From Eledone cirrhosa (lineage: Eukaryota), in contig OZ024746.1 of NCBI GenBank assembly GCA_964016885.1, forward strand, positions 88,970,001-89,034,000: a stretch of 64,000 nt of DNA. The letters run 5' to 3'. This document shows, piece after piece, positions 28,443-44,279 of the stretch. Position numbers and translations under genes: made by a program. Each line of letters starts with the position of its first letter. The first letter of the stretch is position 1. Under the pieces are notes generated by a model. The model saw only the letters and a program-made list of their open reading frames with translations, was not told where the DNA came from and did no database searches.

Positions 28443-29675
28443 ACCTGCCTATTTCTCTTTGACTATTTCACTAACACCAACTCGCTAAATCAATCATCTC
28501 TCTTTGATACCGGAATACACATGGATATTCAGATAGAAACACAAATGCTCACATATAAACTTATATAATAATATAATTTTATATAAACATATAAAATACA
28601 TGCACATTTACCGTCACGCATATGCTTGGCTGGATTTAATAGGTTGGCAAGCGGGGCAATTGCCCCCGTCTACCTGCAGTGGGGAGCCCTATCAGCAACG
28701 CTCGTAGTAATTTATTCGTGCCCACATCTGGGCTTTTTGCTTGGGGATTGTTAGATTGTTTATATTTAATACCTGTTTTCTATTCCAATTATTTCCGTCA
28801 AGCTAACATTGATATGTAAAATTGGTTGAGGCTTACTATGTATTCAATTGTTTCTGTGTATGAGTACCCCCTCAGAAAAAAAATGAAGTGCCACGCCCCT
28901 AACCATGAATAGAAGCGGACTCTCTAAGTTCTAAATCCAACCGTACACGCATGCATGCAAAATAACCCTGTTACTGACAATACAATAATTGACAAACACA
29001 AACTTGGAGACACGCATATGCACACGTCAAAATGCACACACGCATACACACAAACAAATTCTCACACATTGAATCAATAAAAAGAAATCGCGCATACACA
29101 CGATCTCATGCGTAAACATATGCACAAAAATAACCCACATTACATATATATACAGACACACCAGTGTGCACATACCATCGCCATAAGATTCTGACACAGG
29201 GATGTCTACATACACACAACATGAAACAATAATACACACCTGCCAATTTCACATCATCGCCATATGAACAACAATAACCATGACACACCTGGACCCTCCA
29301 CATTGGCCTCCACTCCTGAATAGCGGATCATTTGTCTACAACCTTCAGCCTGACAATCTTTTTACTCGCAATATTTTCCAATATTTTAGGTACATATCGT
29401 TTCCAGATTTCTCAGAACAAACTTTTTCCAAGCTTTTATATAGATAATCAGCCAAATTGCAATTCTGCCGCAGATGGCCCATCTCAAACGCGTTTATCTT
29501 TTTGCTGTTCGTGGAAACGCTTACGCCGTTCATAATTAATCTAGCAGTTCATGCTAATCTTACACTTGTACAGTAATGGAAATATAGGGAGACATCTATA
29601 TGAGAATAACACGTGATTTGTTGGTTGAATTCAAACAATGGAATTCCAACCAAAGTAGAACCCACCCATACATTG

Positions 29676-29740
<65 letters not shown>

Positions 29741-30374
29741 CGTGTTGGGTGCTTAAAGCGCCCGTATGCGGTAGGCCGTTTCAACACTCGATGCTCTCAT
29801 AGAGCAGAGTATGAAATCACAAAGAATGGAGAATCAGTGTTGCGACGAATGTAATTCATCGGCCAAATTACTATCATTTCTCTGGCGACCAGCTCGAGGT
29901 ACGATCGTTGTGATGATCGAACCTGACTCTGAAAACCGCAAGGTCCTAAGATACGTCTTGATTCTACGAGACAGATTTTCCTAATGTCCTTTTACATCGA
30001 TTCCATCGCCTGTATATTTATATATATATATATATATGTATATATATCAAGGTATATGAATATATACATATGCCAGCGTATTGAAGGTTGATTTGTGGTA
30101 CAGTGTTTTATATATATATATACTGCATCCAGTGACTATTTATGATTCCGGTAATGCATTCGTTACTGTACAGGTCTGCTTAGAAGAATCACTGCCCACC
30201 TCAATCAAGGAAGGTCATAGAAAAGGTGGATTAAACATCGGATGTCCCTACCACTGACCGACTAGTTAACAGCAACGGGCGTGCCACCCAGCGAGTGGTC
30301 AAAACAATGAATTTTAGACTGACAATGTGATCTATAAATACAGTCATATACACACACCCGAACAGATACACACT

Positions 30375-30861
<487 letters not shown>

Positions 30862-32745
30862 GCGAGAGAGAGAGTTTTCCAATAACCCGCTTAGACTGAA
30901 AGCAGTGATGTCTTGCTTAAAAATGTAATCTACTAATAATAAATGTTTGCTTTTCAGCTTTATATAGATGTGTATGTGTGTGTGTGTTTAAATTATTTTT
31001 TTATGCATATATATGTATTTATCAGGAAGACAAATTTAGAAGATTGTTGCGATAAATTACACAATATGATTGAAACACTTAAATACTTAAATGGTAGTCT
31101 CCAATACACATTACATCAGTTACTTGTCTGTGCAAGATAAAGCGAACTATTCTTAGGTTATCAACGAAAATGATGCAGCTATATAAACCAATATTTCCAG
31201 TCGATTGATTTGGGTAAATAATGCAGCTTTTCATTTTAATTTCAAATATTTTCATTTTAGAATTGAATTTATTTGATAGATTAGATTCCATCTGGAAATC
31301 TAAACATTTTTTTCTATTGTATTTATTTCATTTTAGGTTAATTTATCGTTATTTTTCTTGTGGGTGAAGTGGTGTTCGCTCTCTTTTTGATAATTACTTT
31401 CAGATAATGTTTTCTATTTCTATTGTATAACAGGGCATTCATAAAAATTATCATTGCTTATATGTTAAGCACTTACAAGAAACCTATATATATGTATACA
31501 TACACGTCACAGACACACAGACGCACACACACACAGACACACACACATACACACATGTCTTAAAGCAACATGGCCGGAATACATTCAGGTTTCCCCACGA
31601 CATTCGCAATTTTATTTAAGTGTCGCTGGCATATAGAATAACAGTTTTCTATATGTGCAACTTAACAAATGCTGATAATTGAAACGTTCTAAACAAAGCA
31701 TCTTCGCCGTAACACTATAGCCATGGTTCCAATCCCTTTTTATGCAATAAAAGTGGAAACTTTACGTAAAAACGTCGGGATGTTGATAGTTCTTTTAGAT
31801 TTCTGCCAGAACGTGGCTGTTTAAAGCATACGTTGATAGGTTAAGCATAACCACGCGATTAAGCACCAAATTTAGTGATACCGTCACACCAAACCAACGG
31901 GACGACAGGAGTGCCATGCTTTATTGAATATGGATGTACATCTGAAAGATGTCAGTCATAAGTTTCCATAACCACACATCTTTAGATCTTTATTAACTTT
32001 TGAAAATCGTGAATTAATCATTTTTAAAAGGGAATATTTAAAGTTCTAGCTAAACTTTAATTAGTTACCTACCTAGCTGTGTGTGGTTACACACTTTACA
32101 AATTATCACCTGTGATTGTTTCATGTGTTTATCTTAAATATTTATATATGTCAATCAATTTCTAGTTGAAATAAGATGCTCGGTTCTATTCATTGGAATC
32201 TTTGATTTTATTCTACGGTGAATATGGTGCATGTCTCGGACATGAGTCCTTAATTTAATTTAATTTTGGATATATATATATATATATGTATGTGTGTATG
32301 TATGTGTGTGTGGGTGTATCAATATTGAGTTAAAAACTCATAATAATCTCTTACAATTAAATAGCTCAAGGAAGATATTTTTCCACGCCGTCGAATATAA
32401 TTGAATATAAAAAGGAAATAAACACAGATATATATGTTCAAATCGTAAGGAACCATATTCACTAGGGTAAAAAAAACTAACTATGAACAACAGGGTTGCC
32501 AGAATCAATTTAAACGAATTAATCAAGAAAAGAAATACAAACTGATAGTGGCGCAGCTGCAAGACACCCGGACAGCTTTTGGTAATGCTGTTCCACAATG
32601 ATAGTCAAGGGAATTACCAATTCTTTTGCTCATCAGTAGATGTAATATTAGTAAACCCTTCACTCCTAGGTTTTCTCAGATGACTGAATAGTGTGCATAT
32701 ATATATATAGATATATATCTACATACATTCATATATATATATATA

Positions 32746-33173
32746 TATAAAGAATTAAAAAGAACAGAAAGATGCAGTAAAAGAGATTTATTCGGTTCTT
32801 ACGTACGTTTCAATAGACATCTATTTGCCTAGATCTCGCTACATCTATAATATTATATATAACATATTCTCTGATGATATAGGATCGATTGTGCATTGGA
32901 TATCGAATGCTCTACTAAATATATAATATTATAGATGTAGCGAGATCTAGGCAAATAGATGTCTATTGAAACGTACGTAAGAACCGAATAAATCTCTTTT
33001 ACTGCATCTTTCTGTTCTTTTTAATTCTTTATACACGCCCCGGAATATAGCTAAACTGGAATATACACCTTTTTTCTGCATTTCGTTGAGCACCACTCTG
33101 TTGTAAGCTGACATTCCACTACACGGTACATAACACTGTGTCCTGGAAAACATTAATGCACTCATGCATAACC

Positions 33174-33178
<5 letters not shown>
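32746..33178 (+). mobile_element. Family D inverted-repeat hammerhead element in (AT)n
   Basis: About 32746-32858 and 32920-33033 are near-perfect inverted repeats; a unique tail runs to (AT)n at about 33178. Confidence 0.72.
32866..32984 (+). ncRNA. Hammerhead ribozyme with about 90-nt stem II domain, family D
   Basis: ttct CTGATGA tatag...(90 nt)...ctatt GAAA cgtacg TA agaa. Confidence 0.65.
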
Positions 33179-33242
<64 letters not shown>

Positions 33243-34310
33243 ATTTAAAAAATAATGAATAAAACAATGAAACAGTTCCTTATATTAAACAAATAAAGTT
33301 CATTATTTAACGATCGTTTCTAGGATATATATGTGTTAGAATTGGCATGCATATTCAACAGATCTATGTACAAAATTATACAAAATTATACAAACTATCA
33401 AAATTAAATATACATACTAAACACATATATATGCCGTCTTCAGAAATATTTGTTTAATATTGGACACTACCGTAAACTCTTGGTAGATTTATCTACATAT
33501 ATATATATATATATATATAATGCTATATTTGTTAATTAACTGGCAATACATAAGCGTAACATTTAATATGTCTGAAAACAATTCGAATATGATGTTGCTT
33601 GCGGAAAGGCTATGTTCAATCATCGGTGCGAACGTAACAGTTTTGAAAATGAAAGATAATTGTGGCTTTTGACGTATAAAATACGTCTCATATTTCTAAA
33701 AGAAAAATCGATGCAAAATGTTGTCATTGCCATTAACTTCTTAAGTGGAATGAACGCTGTTCATACGCAAACTGAGTTTCGTTGCAATTGTTGGTTGGAA
33801 GATCACTTCTTTGAAATCAATGCTATTCCTTATCACATTAATACAACGGTATACATTTCTCAATACTTCATAATACTTTGAAAGTAGATTATCATATCTT
33901 AACACCATTGAACTTTCGAAAAAGGCAAGGGATTTGTTAAAATAGTTAGAGTGTCTGTATTACGATATTTATTACATTATTTACCTTCAGTTTTTAAAAT
34001 CCCCGAAGTTCGAATTTAGTTTTCGTAATCCTTAATTCTATACACCACGTACACCTCCGGTAATAAATACTTAATCCAATATCTGGAGCTTTTAAGTTTC
34101 TGATATCTTGCATATGGGAGAGATTCTTATTGAAAATTCAAAAATGGAATTTTGTTGATGGCTGCGCGAGGTTATTAAGCACGCTAAATGATAATGATAC
34201 CACGAGATTCCAACTTCAACGTACTTGTGATACGATATAGCTTTCAACTCTAGATATATAAATAATTATCTAGCCATATAATTACATATGATTATTAAAG
34301 AAGGACAGTG

Positions 34311-34525
34311 TGATGGATTGGCAGTATTGGCAGAGGGTTGAACGACAAGCTTTGCAACATAGAGTTATGTTCCTTTATGATCTGAATTCAAATCCCGCCG
34401 AGATTAATTTTGCCTTTCATTCTTACGGGGTCGATACATTAAAGCATCAGTCACACACTGGAGTCGTTTTAATCGACTTTCTCCACCCGCAAAATTGACC
34501 TCCTTTTGCCTATAATAGGTATCAT
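34311..34525 (+). mobile_element. SINE copy (long form)
   Basis: Same family motifs. Confidence 0.85.
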
Positions 34526-34774
34526 TATTAAATAAAGGTGCCGAGAGTGAGAGAGAGAGAGTGAGTGAGAGAGAGAGATTGAGTGAGAGAGAGTGAGAGA
34601 GAGAGATTGGGGGGGGGGGGAGGAGGGAGAGGGTATGGGTGCAAAACTATATAGTGCCGGACTGTAAAACATTTATTCCGGACTAGCCAACCCGGGAGGC
34701 AGCCTCTACATAGTCATTCGATTTAATAATATTGATGGCTGATTTAGACACAAGGCCAGCAAATTTTAGGTTGG

Positions 34775-35190
34775 AGCGGTGAATTGGCAGTATCGGTAGA
34801 GGGTTGGACGCCATACTTTCCAGCATAGTTATGTCCCTTTACAGTCTGAGTTCAAATCCCGCCGAGGTTAACTTTGCCTTTCATCCTTACGGGGTCGATA
34901 AAATAAAGTACCAGTAATGTACTGGGTATTTGGTAGCCTTGTGCCTAAAGTAGAAACAACTATTAAATAAAGGTGCCCGATTAACAGTATCGGTAGAGCG
35001 TCGGGCAACATGCTTTGTTGCATAGTGTTATGGCTCTTTACGTTCTGAGTTCAAATCCCGCCGAGGTTAGATTTGCGTTTCCCCTTTATGGGATCAATAA
35101 TGAAAAATACCAGTCACATTCTGGGGTGAATTTAATCGACTTTCCCCTCCCCTTCAATTGCTGGCTATGTGCCTAAATCAGAAACCATTA
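34775..35190 (+). mobile_element. Two head-to-tail SINE copies (short 34775-34962, long 34971-35190)
   Basis: Two sets of A/B boxes and central domain. Confidence 0.88.
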
Positions 35191-36666
35191 CTAAAAAAAA
35201 AAAACATGTAAGGTGGTAAAATTATAACCAATCGTTAGGATGTCGGATTAAATAGCTCGGTAAACATTCGATCTCTCTACGCTCTAATTTCAAGTAGATA
35301 CTATGTAACATTTAATAGTTATCATTTCGGGAGACGAGACATGCAGCACCAGTTCAGGGGCGTTGGATTGGCAAAACATTTAACGATTTGGATTCAAATA
35401 CAGCTTTCTTTTGTCGAGAAATATGAATGGCAATTAGTATCAACAATACAAATCCCCGCATAGTGATTGTTTACTTGTGCCGATCTAAGGTATTCTAATG
35501 TCCTATTTTTACATAATTAAATAGCACGTCTTTGATATCATATTTACATGTATCTTGATTCTTGCCCTGACTTCATTGAGGGAATGGAAAACTCTTTTGA
35601 ATAACGCTCACTAGGAACAGAATATTATGTTATTAATGTTGGGGGGAAATATCATCACGCTATACTAGTGTTTGAACACTGAAAGCAATGTGATGAAATT
35701 GACTCATGCTACAATTTAATTCAATCTCTCTTGAGCACTCTAACGCTTACTTAATTATAATTTAAAAGGAAACAAAGGTTTCAATCGAATTTCAGAAATC
35801 CAATCACGGATTGACAGAATGGTCTGATCATCAACTAAAATAGTTTACAGCATTTAGTACTTGTTCTTTAATTTTTGAGTTCAAATCCTGCCGAGGTTAC
35901 CTTAACGTAATATTGAACCACCTTTTGGGGAAACGGAATTATAGAGAGTAATAGTACGTTTGAGTATAGGAAAGTGAAATAAGATATAATCTATACAGAG
36001 AGAAAAAAGAAAATAAACAGAAAAAAAAAGAATTACAAGGAACTAAACAATTTATAAATATCTACAGTATGAATATTAATGATGTTATTACCATATAAGG
36101 ACAGTTTATAAGCGCACATAGATAAATATATTTACTCGAATGCAAACAAAACTGGCATAAGAACATGACACGGTGTCTTTCCTCTACCTTAACTAACGTT
36201 CAGGTGTTCAATTATAATCCTAATAACAAAACCGAGGTTTTAGCAAGTAATAGTTTTAAAGAGACTATTTACTTCATAAGTTAACTGAATAGAAATCAAA
36301 ACAATAATAGAAAAAAATAATGTATGCCAATATAATCAACTTTACACGTTAAAGATGTACAGAGGTCAAAACAATATTATTTCGGCTCAGAAAAAAAAGA
36401 ATCATTAACCAGCACACGTATACATTCTGTCTTCGTTCTACATGGCCTGACTTGATGGAAAACATCGGAAGTAGCATCGCCGGAAGTGACAAATGTAAAG
36501 CTATTTCCAACTGTAACATTAGTCGCAACAGTCGTGTAAAATATATTTACTGCAGACAACATCATATAATAACATTGCATAACAATAGCATGTGCAAAGG
36601 GCTTCACACATATATAGATAGCACATAAACAAGTTCACGCCCACATATCTATATATATAGTAAAAA

Positions 36667-36698
<32 letters not shown>

Positions 36699-36753
36699 AT
36701 GTGTATGTGTGTGTCTTCGAATGAAACAGTTGTGGTCTTGTAAAAGTCATATC

Positions 36754-36885
<132 letters not shown>

Positions 36886-37589
36886 GGGGGGGGGGGCGTG
36901 AATGTGTGTATATGTGTGTGTGTGCACACAATATATACGCGGATATGTCAATATCACGTAGAAATATACTATTATATTGTATATACACACAAACACACAC
37001 ATATGTATATATGTGTGTGCATAGAGAGAGAGAGAGAGAGAGATCGCGGGGCGAAGGAGAAAGAGAGAGAGAGAAAATGATATGTAGATTTAAATACAAA
37101 TTTACAAAACATATCTTTAGGTGATGGAATAATAGTGTGCATTATTACCAGACAGGCCTGTTTTAAAGAATAACAGAAATAGATTGTTCACCATCGATTA
37201 GAGTAATTAGTATCGATCACCAATTATCGATTTTTGCAAAATATTAAGACTATAATTCTCTTCGTCAGTATATTTAGGTTTGTGTTAAAATATATCTCTC
37301 ACGCTGCATTAAAATAATAGTCATCTACCATTGGAAGACAATATTTACATGGTCTAGGACTTGTGTAAATATAACGTTACATAGAGTGGTAGAAAAACAT
37401 TAAATGCCTTAAGAAGTGCTAGAAACGTGGTCCAGGCGAATCCATGTAATTATAGGATAAATATTTGAAAGTAAACTCAGATATATATTCGAAGTCCACT
37501 CGTGTCCGGGTACGACTTCTTAGGGCGAAACTGAAAATTACAAAACGTTATATTGATGTTGATATCACTGATGGGGATGTATATATCTC

Positions 37590-38290
37590 ATCATACCAGA
37601 GTGTGATTAGATGACAACACATATTTTGCGCACGTCTGTGTTTTATTGGCGTGCCATGCTTTGCGATTCGTTTTTAGCCTACCTGTACAGTGATATCGTT
37701 TGCTACAGATGCCACATGTAAAATCAATATGTATATGCTTGTCCAGTGTCATGTCAGTGAGTAGGCTCTCTTCTATGGCTTTGGTAGACCAGCATTTGAC
37801 AACCATCCATCTCCTTATTCTTCACAAGTTAGTGATTCATTTGAACTCTGTTCTGGGTGCGCAACCCACATATAATTGGCTGTTCGTATCATTTCAGCAT
37901 AGGCTCGACGCTTCTGTTTAGGTACCATAACACACGTAATAGATTTTCGCCATTGGACTTTGCTTTTTACGAGTTTTTCCAATATTTCGGTCTCAATATT
38001 GACCGTCATCACAATTTAAAACAGGCAGTATTGAAAGCTCTCGTGTGGCTTGCATTGTAGGTGTTTCCCTTGGAACATTCCTCATAAAATAATTGTTTTA
38101 GGAATCATCTGTGTCTAATAGATCTACGTAGATACCGTTTTATGATTATGGATTCAATGCTTGGTAGAATGACATGCCTCATCCAATTAGTATCTGGATT
38201 GTGAAACCTACATGATATATTGAGTATCAAGCGCAAGCAGTGTTAATAGAATATATCCGAGGCGTTGAATATGCTGATATGCAACCTGGC
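37590..38290 (-). mobile_element. RTE (BovB-like) LINE 3' fragment
   Basis: LFYEECSKGK...KPR, VQWRKSI and FTCGICSKRYH resemble the RTE C-terminus with zinc-finger-like motifs. Confidence 0.65.
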
Positions 38291-38294
38291 ATGT

Positions 38295-38376
<82 letters not shown>

Positions 38377-39659
38377 GTTATGAAAGAAATGATTAGGGTT
38401 GTCCTGAATGCAGTAATGGTTAATTACTACACTAGATAGAGCTGACGTACGGTGAGGGGTTGCTCAACGAGCTATGGAAGAATAGTCGGCAAATTCAGTT
38501 TCAAATCCCTGAAATATATATATATATATGCATATATATAGAAAGTGTATACTATATGCTATACATAAAAATATATAAATACATGCGTACGTGCAAATGT
38601 ATTTACCGATGTTGTTTATTCGTTCGCAGGGAAAAGAGAAGTGTAATTAATTGCTGCCTACCTCTTAAATTATTGATACTTAATTTTTTCAGATAACCCA
38701 AGTGTAAAAATACATTATATCTGTAAACTTTAAAATATTGTAAACTCTACATATAAATAAAATCTTCCTCAAAAGAAGGGCCAAATATTCCTGCCAACAC
38801 ATTGTATTGGACAGTAAATATGCTTATATATATATATATAATAATAATATATATAATATAATAATATATATAATAAACGCACACATATATATATACGTAT
38901 GTTTCCTTGTGATTACGAATATATGACGTCGTTTAGTTTTGATGAGTTACCTCATGTGATTTACAGAAAAAAAATTACTGCTATCAAGATAAACTCCGAA
39001 GCGAATCAATCACTTTTTATTAGATAACTTTTAAGAGACGAACGGTTGTAGAAAATGATTTGTCAAAACTAATATCAACTCTGCAACAGTTTCAGCTGTA
39101 ATCAAACATTTCCTGCATTTACGTGAAACTTTTGTAGGCAGCATTGGTTAATGTCATATCACACTTCGAAATAAAAATCTTGAAATATTACATGAAATTA
39201 ATAAGATTTATTTTTAATATTCCAAAAATATATTCAGATGCGATAAATCTAATCCAACATTATCCTCAAATGACGTATAAATTGATGTATTTAAAGAATG
39301 TGGATTAATATATCAAATGTAAAAACTGGTAAACATGCTCGAGCATCAACCTCTCCTTCGTTGGAGAGAGCTACCGTGCAGTAAACACGTTTATAGTAAT
39401 TTATATGGTACACCATAATTCACTACCAAATCATGCCGTTCGTCTAAAACACTACACACCGGTAAAAAGACTAAATCATGTGAACCTAGGTGCGACATTG
39501 AATGAACAGCATGGGGTGGCAAACAATCTGACTAATCAAACTACAACGGTTTTTTTTTACAGGCAGTCCCAGAGTCGAATTTTCATTTTTCATTTTTCAA
39601 TTTCCTATTCTATTTTCCCTAAAATCTATGATATGTATGGGTTCTAATTAATCCTGTTT

Positions 39660-40130
39660 TGTCATTCTCTTGAAGCTATCTGATGAGACCGTCTAGTCTT
39701 GGATAATAAAGGATGTTGGATCCATTGAAATATGTATAGTATTCCCACGGAATTAAAAGTTACAGCACATCTTCCAATCTGGCCTTTTGTTGTTTTAAAC
39801 GCTTGAGGCAACCAAAATATCCCCATGACCATGGTCATTAGCATCTATCAATACATCATTCAACTTCTATTGAGAGTTTCATGTTCCTGCCCATTGTTTG
39901 TGGCCAATTCATCTTTGGGTGTATTATTGACCACTTTTCATGGGGCTAACAATACAGGACCTGGTTAACTTGTCTCTCAAGTGGAAATCAGTTTTGTGTC
40001 CCAACCAACCAAATCGACGCAGACACATGATGTTAGACACATGTGTTTTTTGATGAAATCATCCCACCGGATGCCATGGATTTTGTCTAGGCACATGCTA
40101 TCAAGCGAATCTAGCAATCGAGACTGAGCA
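39660..40130 (-). mobile_element. RTE-like LINE 3' fragment
   Basis: LDSLDSMCLDKIHGIRWDDFI followed by RRFGWLGH. Confidence 0.6.
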
Positions 40131-40139
40131 AGAACGTCA

Positions 40140-40737
40140 GAATCGCCAATTGAGAAATGCTTCATCTACTGCTACGGCACGAGCTGTAGAGACTGTAACA
40201 AGTCGAGCTATTCGGCTGGAGGGTAACGCTCGACGTAGAGCTCTATCGCAGGGTATTTCAAAGGCATCATGCTCACGATGGTACCTTAAGGCAGTTAATT
40301 ATGACCCTAATGTAAACTATCAAATCCATCCTGATATTCAAATATTTGCATGTCCAATACTTGCCAACATTGTAAAGCTAAAGGGTGGGCGGGAGAATCG
40401 GCTGGAATGTGCTGCTCCAATGGTAACGTTAATTTGCCCTATCCGGATGTGGAAAAGGCGAGGATGTGATAATAACAAAAATTAGCCTGACTACATCAGG
40501 CGTAGATACTCCCTTCTCCTTTCGCCGAGCCCAATTTTTTTTCGTGTTGCCTTTGCGATGTTCATAAACAAGTCGCAAGTTCAAACACTGTCCGTCGCTG
40601 GAATTCACTTGGATGAACCTTGCTTTTCGCACGGACAATTCTACGATGCCTACTCACGAGTTGGAAGTAGAGATAACCTCTTTGCGTTTGTTCCGAAAAG
40701 AAAAATAAAGAATATGATCTATCCTGAAGTGCTTTAG
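40140..40737 (+). mobile_element. Internally deleted Helitron (N-terminal zinc finger fused to Pif1 helicase C-terminus)
   Basis: NYDP..Y..HP and MSNTCQHCKAKGWAGESAGMCCSNGNVNLP (40349-40438), then VAFAMFINKSQVQTLSVAGIHLDEPCFSHGQFYDAYSRVGS...IYPEVL* (40545-40737). Confidence 0.88.
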
Positions 40738-41017
40738 TGTTAACAAAAACACTTATTACAGCTCTGCCTTGACTTCACCTTATTCATTTCAAAACATACC
40801 AATGAATATGTCATGCAGGATATTTTGGATTATAAGTTCAAAATTTAACCATACACAGCAAAGGATGCTGTGATGAGTATGTACGCCAATACTCATCTTT
40901 TTCCATTTCTCCGAGGGTTTTTAACCCCACTATCAGGCTAAATAATTTATTTCGTCAAAATACGGCGATAACTTATATTTTTTATTTCAAACTCACTCGC
41001 TGTTTCGAAAATATTAT

Positions 41018-41074
<57 letters not shown>

Positions 41075-42098
41075 TAGGTAGTATGGTGACATACTGGTGT
41101 TGGTAACAAATCGACGACTCTATTCATAGGCGGAGTGTATATAATATACATATAATATGTAAACGGAATGTTCATGTTTTTTTCTATTATATATATATAT
41201 GTGTGTGTGTGTATATACAAATATAGCAAATATTTATTTATTATAAGGACAGATTAAAGTTTAAGCAATGTATCGCTGGTTTCACCCTTATCGGGACAGG
41301 GTGAAAGCTGCGATTCTTTGCTTAAACTTTAATCTATTCTTATAATATATACACAAATATAAATGCATACATAACAAAAGACACCTTTATTCACACACAC
41401 ACATATATATATAAATAAACATATATATAAATATATATATATATGTGTGTGTGGAGGGGTGTGTGTGCGTGTGTCAGTGTTTCTGTGTGTGTGATTATTC
41501 TCATGAAACAGAGCACCGGTAAAACATTAGAACATTGAGTAAAATACAAATATATTGCAACAGTATACTCGTAATTTTGAATTTTGCGCCATGTGTAATT
41601 TACCATTTTATAAGCTCTTCAATTTAATTGTGTATTTATATCTAAAAGAATCGAATAAATGTATTTACAAGGATATTGTTGCTGAAGTCGTTGATTGTGT
41701 TGACGTTTTTCCTTTCTGTGTTTCATTTTCTATCTTTATTTCCTAATTTATTTCTTCATTACTTGTTCTAGCACCAATAGAAATGATATGTGATTTTCTC
41801 TCCTTTCTTATAGCTACATAACTTGTTTTATATTAAATTGATTCTGTTGTTCACACCGATACGTTACTAGAGGCGGGAAAATGCATTAAGTTCCATTGCC
41901 ACAAACATCAGTAGATGCATGTAATGTAAAAGAAAAAATGAAGATGAAGTAAAACAAGTATACAGCAACATAGCAACATTTTATATTTACCATTTAGATT
42001 CACTTACTGATTGTTCTGATTATTTCCAATTTTTATAGAGATGTCTCGCATTCTTTCACTCTTTCTCTCTCTCTCTATCTCTCTGTGAATACATGCAT

Positions 42099-42177
<79 letters not shown>

Positions 42178-42907
42178 CACAGACATACACACACAGATAC
42201 ACACACACATGTACACACAAGCACACACACACACATATATATATATATATAGACATACGTATATGGCAATTTTATTTTTTCTTGTATATACATAATTACT
42301 TAGAAGATGCTTTTGGCAAATTTACTATATTAATTTATATAGGTTTTATGAAGTCGAATCGCATTCAATTGTATCTTGTGCTGTCGATTTTATTCTGAGT
42401 TGCATTTTTATTCTTTGTATCATCATTTCATACCTAGAGTCAGGTGCATTGTTGCCGCAATCATTATCATATTGCTTTCAAAGAAATGAAGTATATTTTG
42501 TGAAAAGGTGATATTTGCCATGTGTCCTATCATTGTCTGAGTTCCTTCAATCCTTTTATATTATCTATGTTTTTTTTGTTTTGGATCAGGGACACCCAAA
42601 TTATAAATATATTTATATTAGAATTTTACTTATTTCAGTCATTGTGCAATAGCCCTAATGACATAGAGCCCTCAATACTTTTAGTGGGTTCTATCAATGA
42701 TGCAATTCTCTATTATACTCTCTATAAATTTGTAAATGGAAGAACGCTTCTCAACCACTGTATTCCCATATTGTACTACAATTCATATCATTCGGTGTAA
42801 GGCATATATTCGTATTTTATATACCACGTGAATAATGTTTTCGGGTTTTGCATATTATAATGTGTTTCTAAATTATCATTTCGTCTCAGTTAATTAGATG
42901 ATTATTG

Positions 42908-43666
42908 CGGATTGGCAGTATCGATAGACAGTCGGACGTCATGCTTTGCAACATAGAGTTACGCCCCCTTTACGGTATGAGCTCAAATCCCGCCAAGGTT
43001 AACTTTGCCTTTCATCCTTACGGCGTCGATAAAATAAAGAACCAGTAATGCACTGGGATAATTGCTGGTCTTGTGCGGAACTTAGAAATAACTATTATTA
43101 TATATTTCCCCAGTAGGGTGCTGGATTGGAGTATCGGTAGAGGGTCGGATACCATGCTCGGCAGCCTAGACTTACGGTCCTTGATGATCTGATTTCAAAT
43201 CCCGCCGAGGTTTTCTTTACTTTTCATTCTTACCGGCTCCATAAAATAAAATACCAGTCCCGCACTAGAGTAGATTTGATCGACTTGCCCCTCCGCCGAA
43301 ATTGCTGGCATTGTGCCTATATAAGAAACCATTATATATTCTTTAGTGGTCCACATGCTATATGCATTTAAGGCATTAATCCTAAGATCGTTTGCATAAC
43401 TGTGTGCATCTCCGATATAATATTTGACAGATGTCCCTCTTACTGCAATGTTTCTTTATTCATTATGTATTGTTGGTGGTGAACTGGCAGTATCGGTAGA
43501 GGATCGGACGCCATGCTTTGACGCATAGAGTTACCACCCTTGCCATTCTGAGTTCAAATCCCGCCGAGGTTAACTTTGCCTTTCATCCTTACGGGGTCAA
43601 TAAAATAAAGTACCAGTAACGCACTGGTTTAATTGCTGGCCTTGTGCCGAAAGTAGAAACAATTAT
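42908..43666 (+). mobile_element. Three SINE copies (42908-43092 short, 43117-43333 long, 43475-43666 short)
   Basis: Repeated A/B boxes and central domain. Confidence 0.88.
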
Positions 43667-44279
43667 TTGTTGTTTTTAGGATTGTAGTTCATTTACGACT
43701 TCTATGTTAAGTAGTCTAGATATATAATTATATATAACTTCATGGACATTCTTTTTAGTACGGAATGTTAGTAACTTATGCATTACTCCGTAGAATTGCT
43801 ATATTAAAAATAGTTATAATGTGGGTGGCTATTAATATTAGAATATTTTTCAAATGCACTGTATTTTGTGATCTAAATGGAATAGTTACAGAAAATGTTT
43901 TTATCTTTGTTTCTGGTTTTCTTTGATTGCTGGTTCGATCGTAGGTTTATACTTTTATATTCACTAATGCATATTTGGTGTATCTTTTGGGAGGAGGAAC
44001 CAATAAAAAATATACATGAAAACAGAGGAAGTCAACCCGGGAAAACAGAATTAAGGAACTCGCTTAAGAAATGTCGACAACCACATAAATAACATCTAGA
44101 AATCACTCTACGTATGCGATTGCCTTACATAAAAGGCCATCGTTCCTTTCATGTTATTTACAAGCAGGAGAAAATGCAAATGTCATTGAAAGCACGACGG
44201 AGTTTAAATAGATTATACCCACGCACATAAAAACAGGCGCAAGCACTTATACCCATTCACGTATACATACATACATGCA

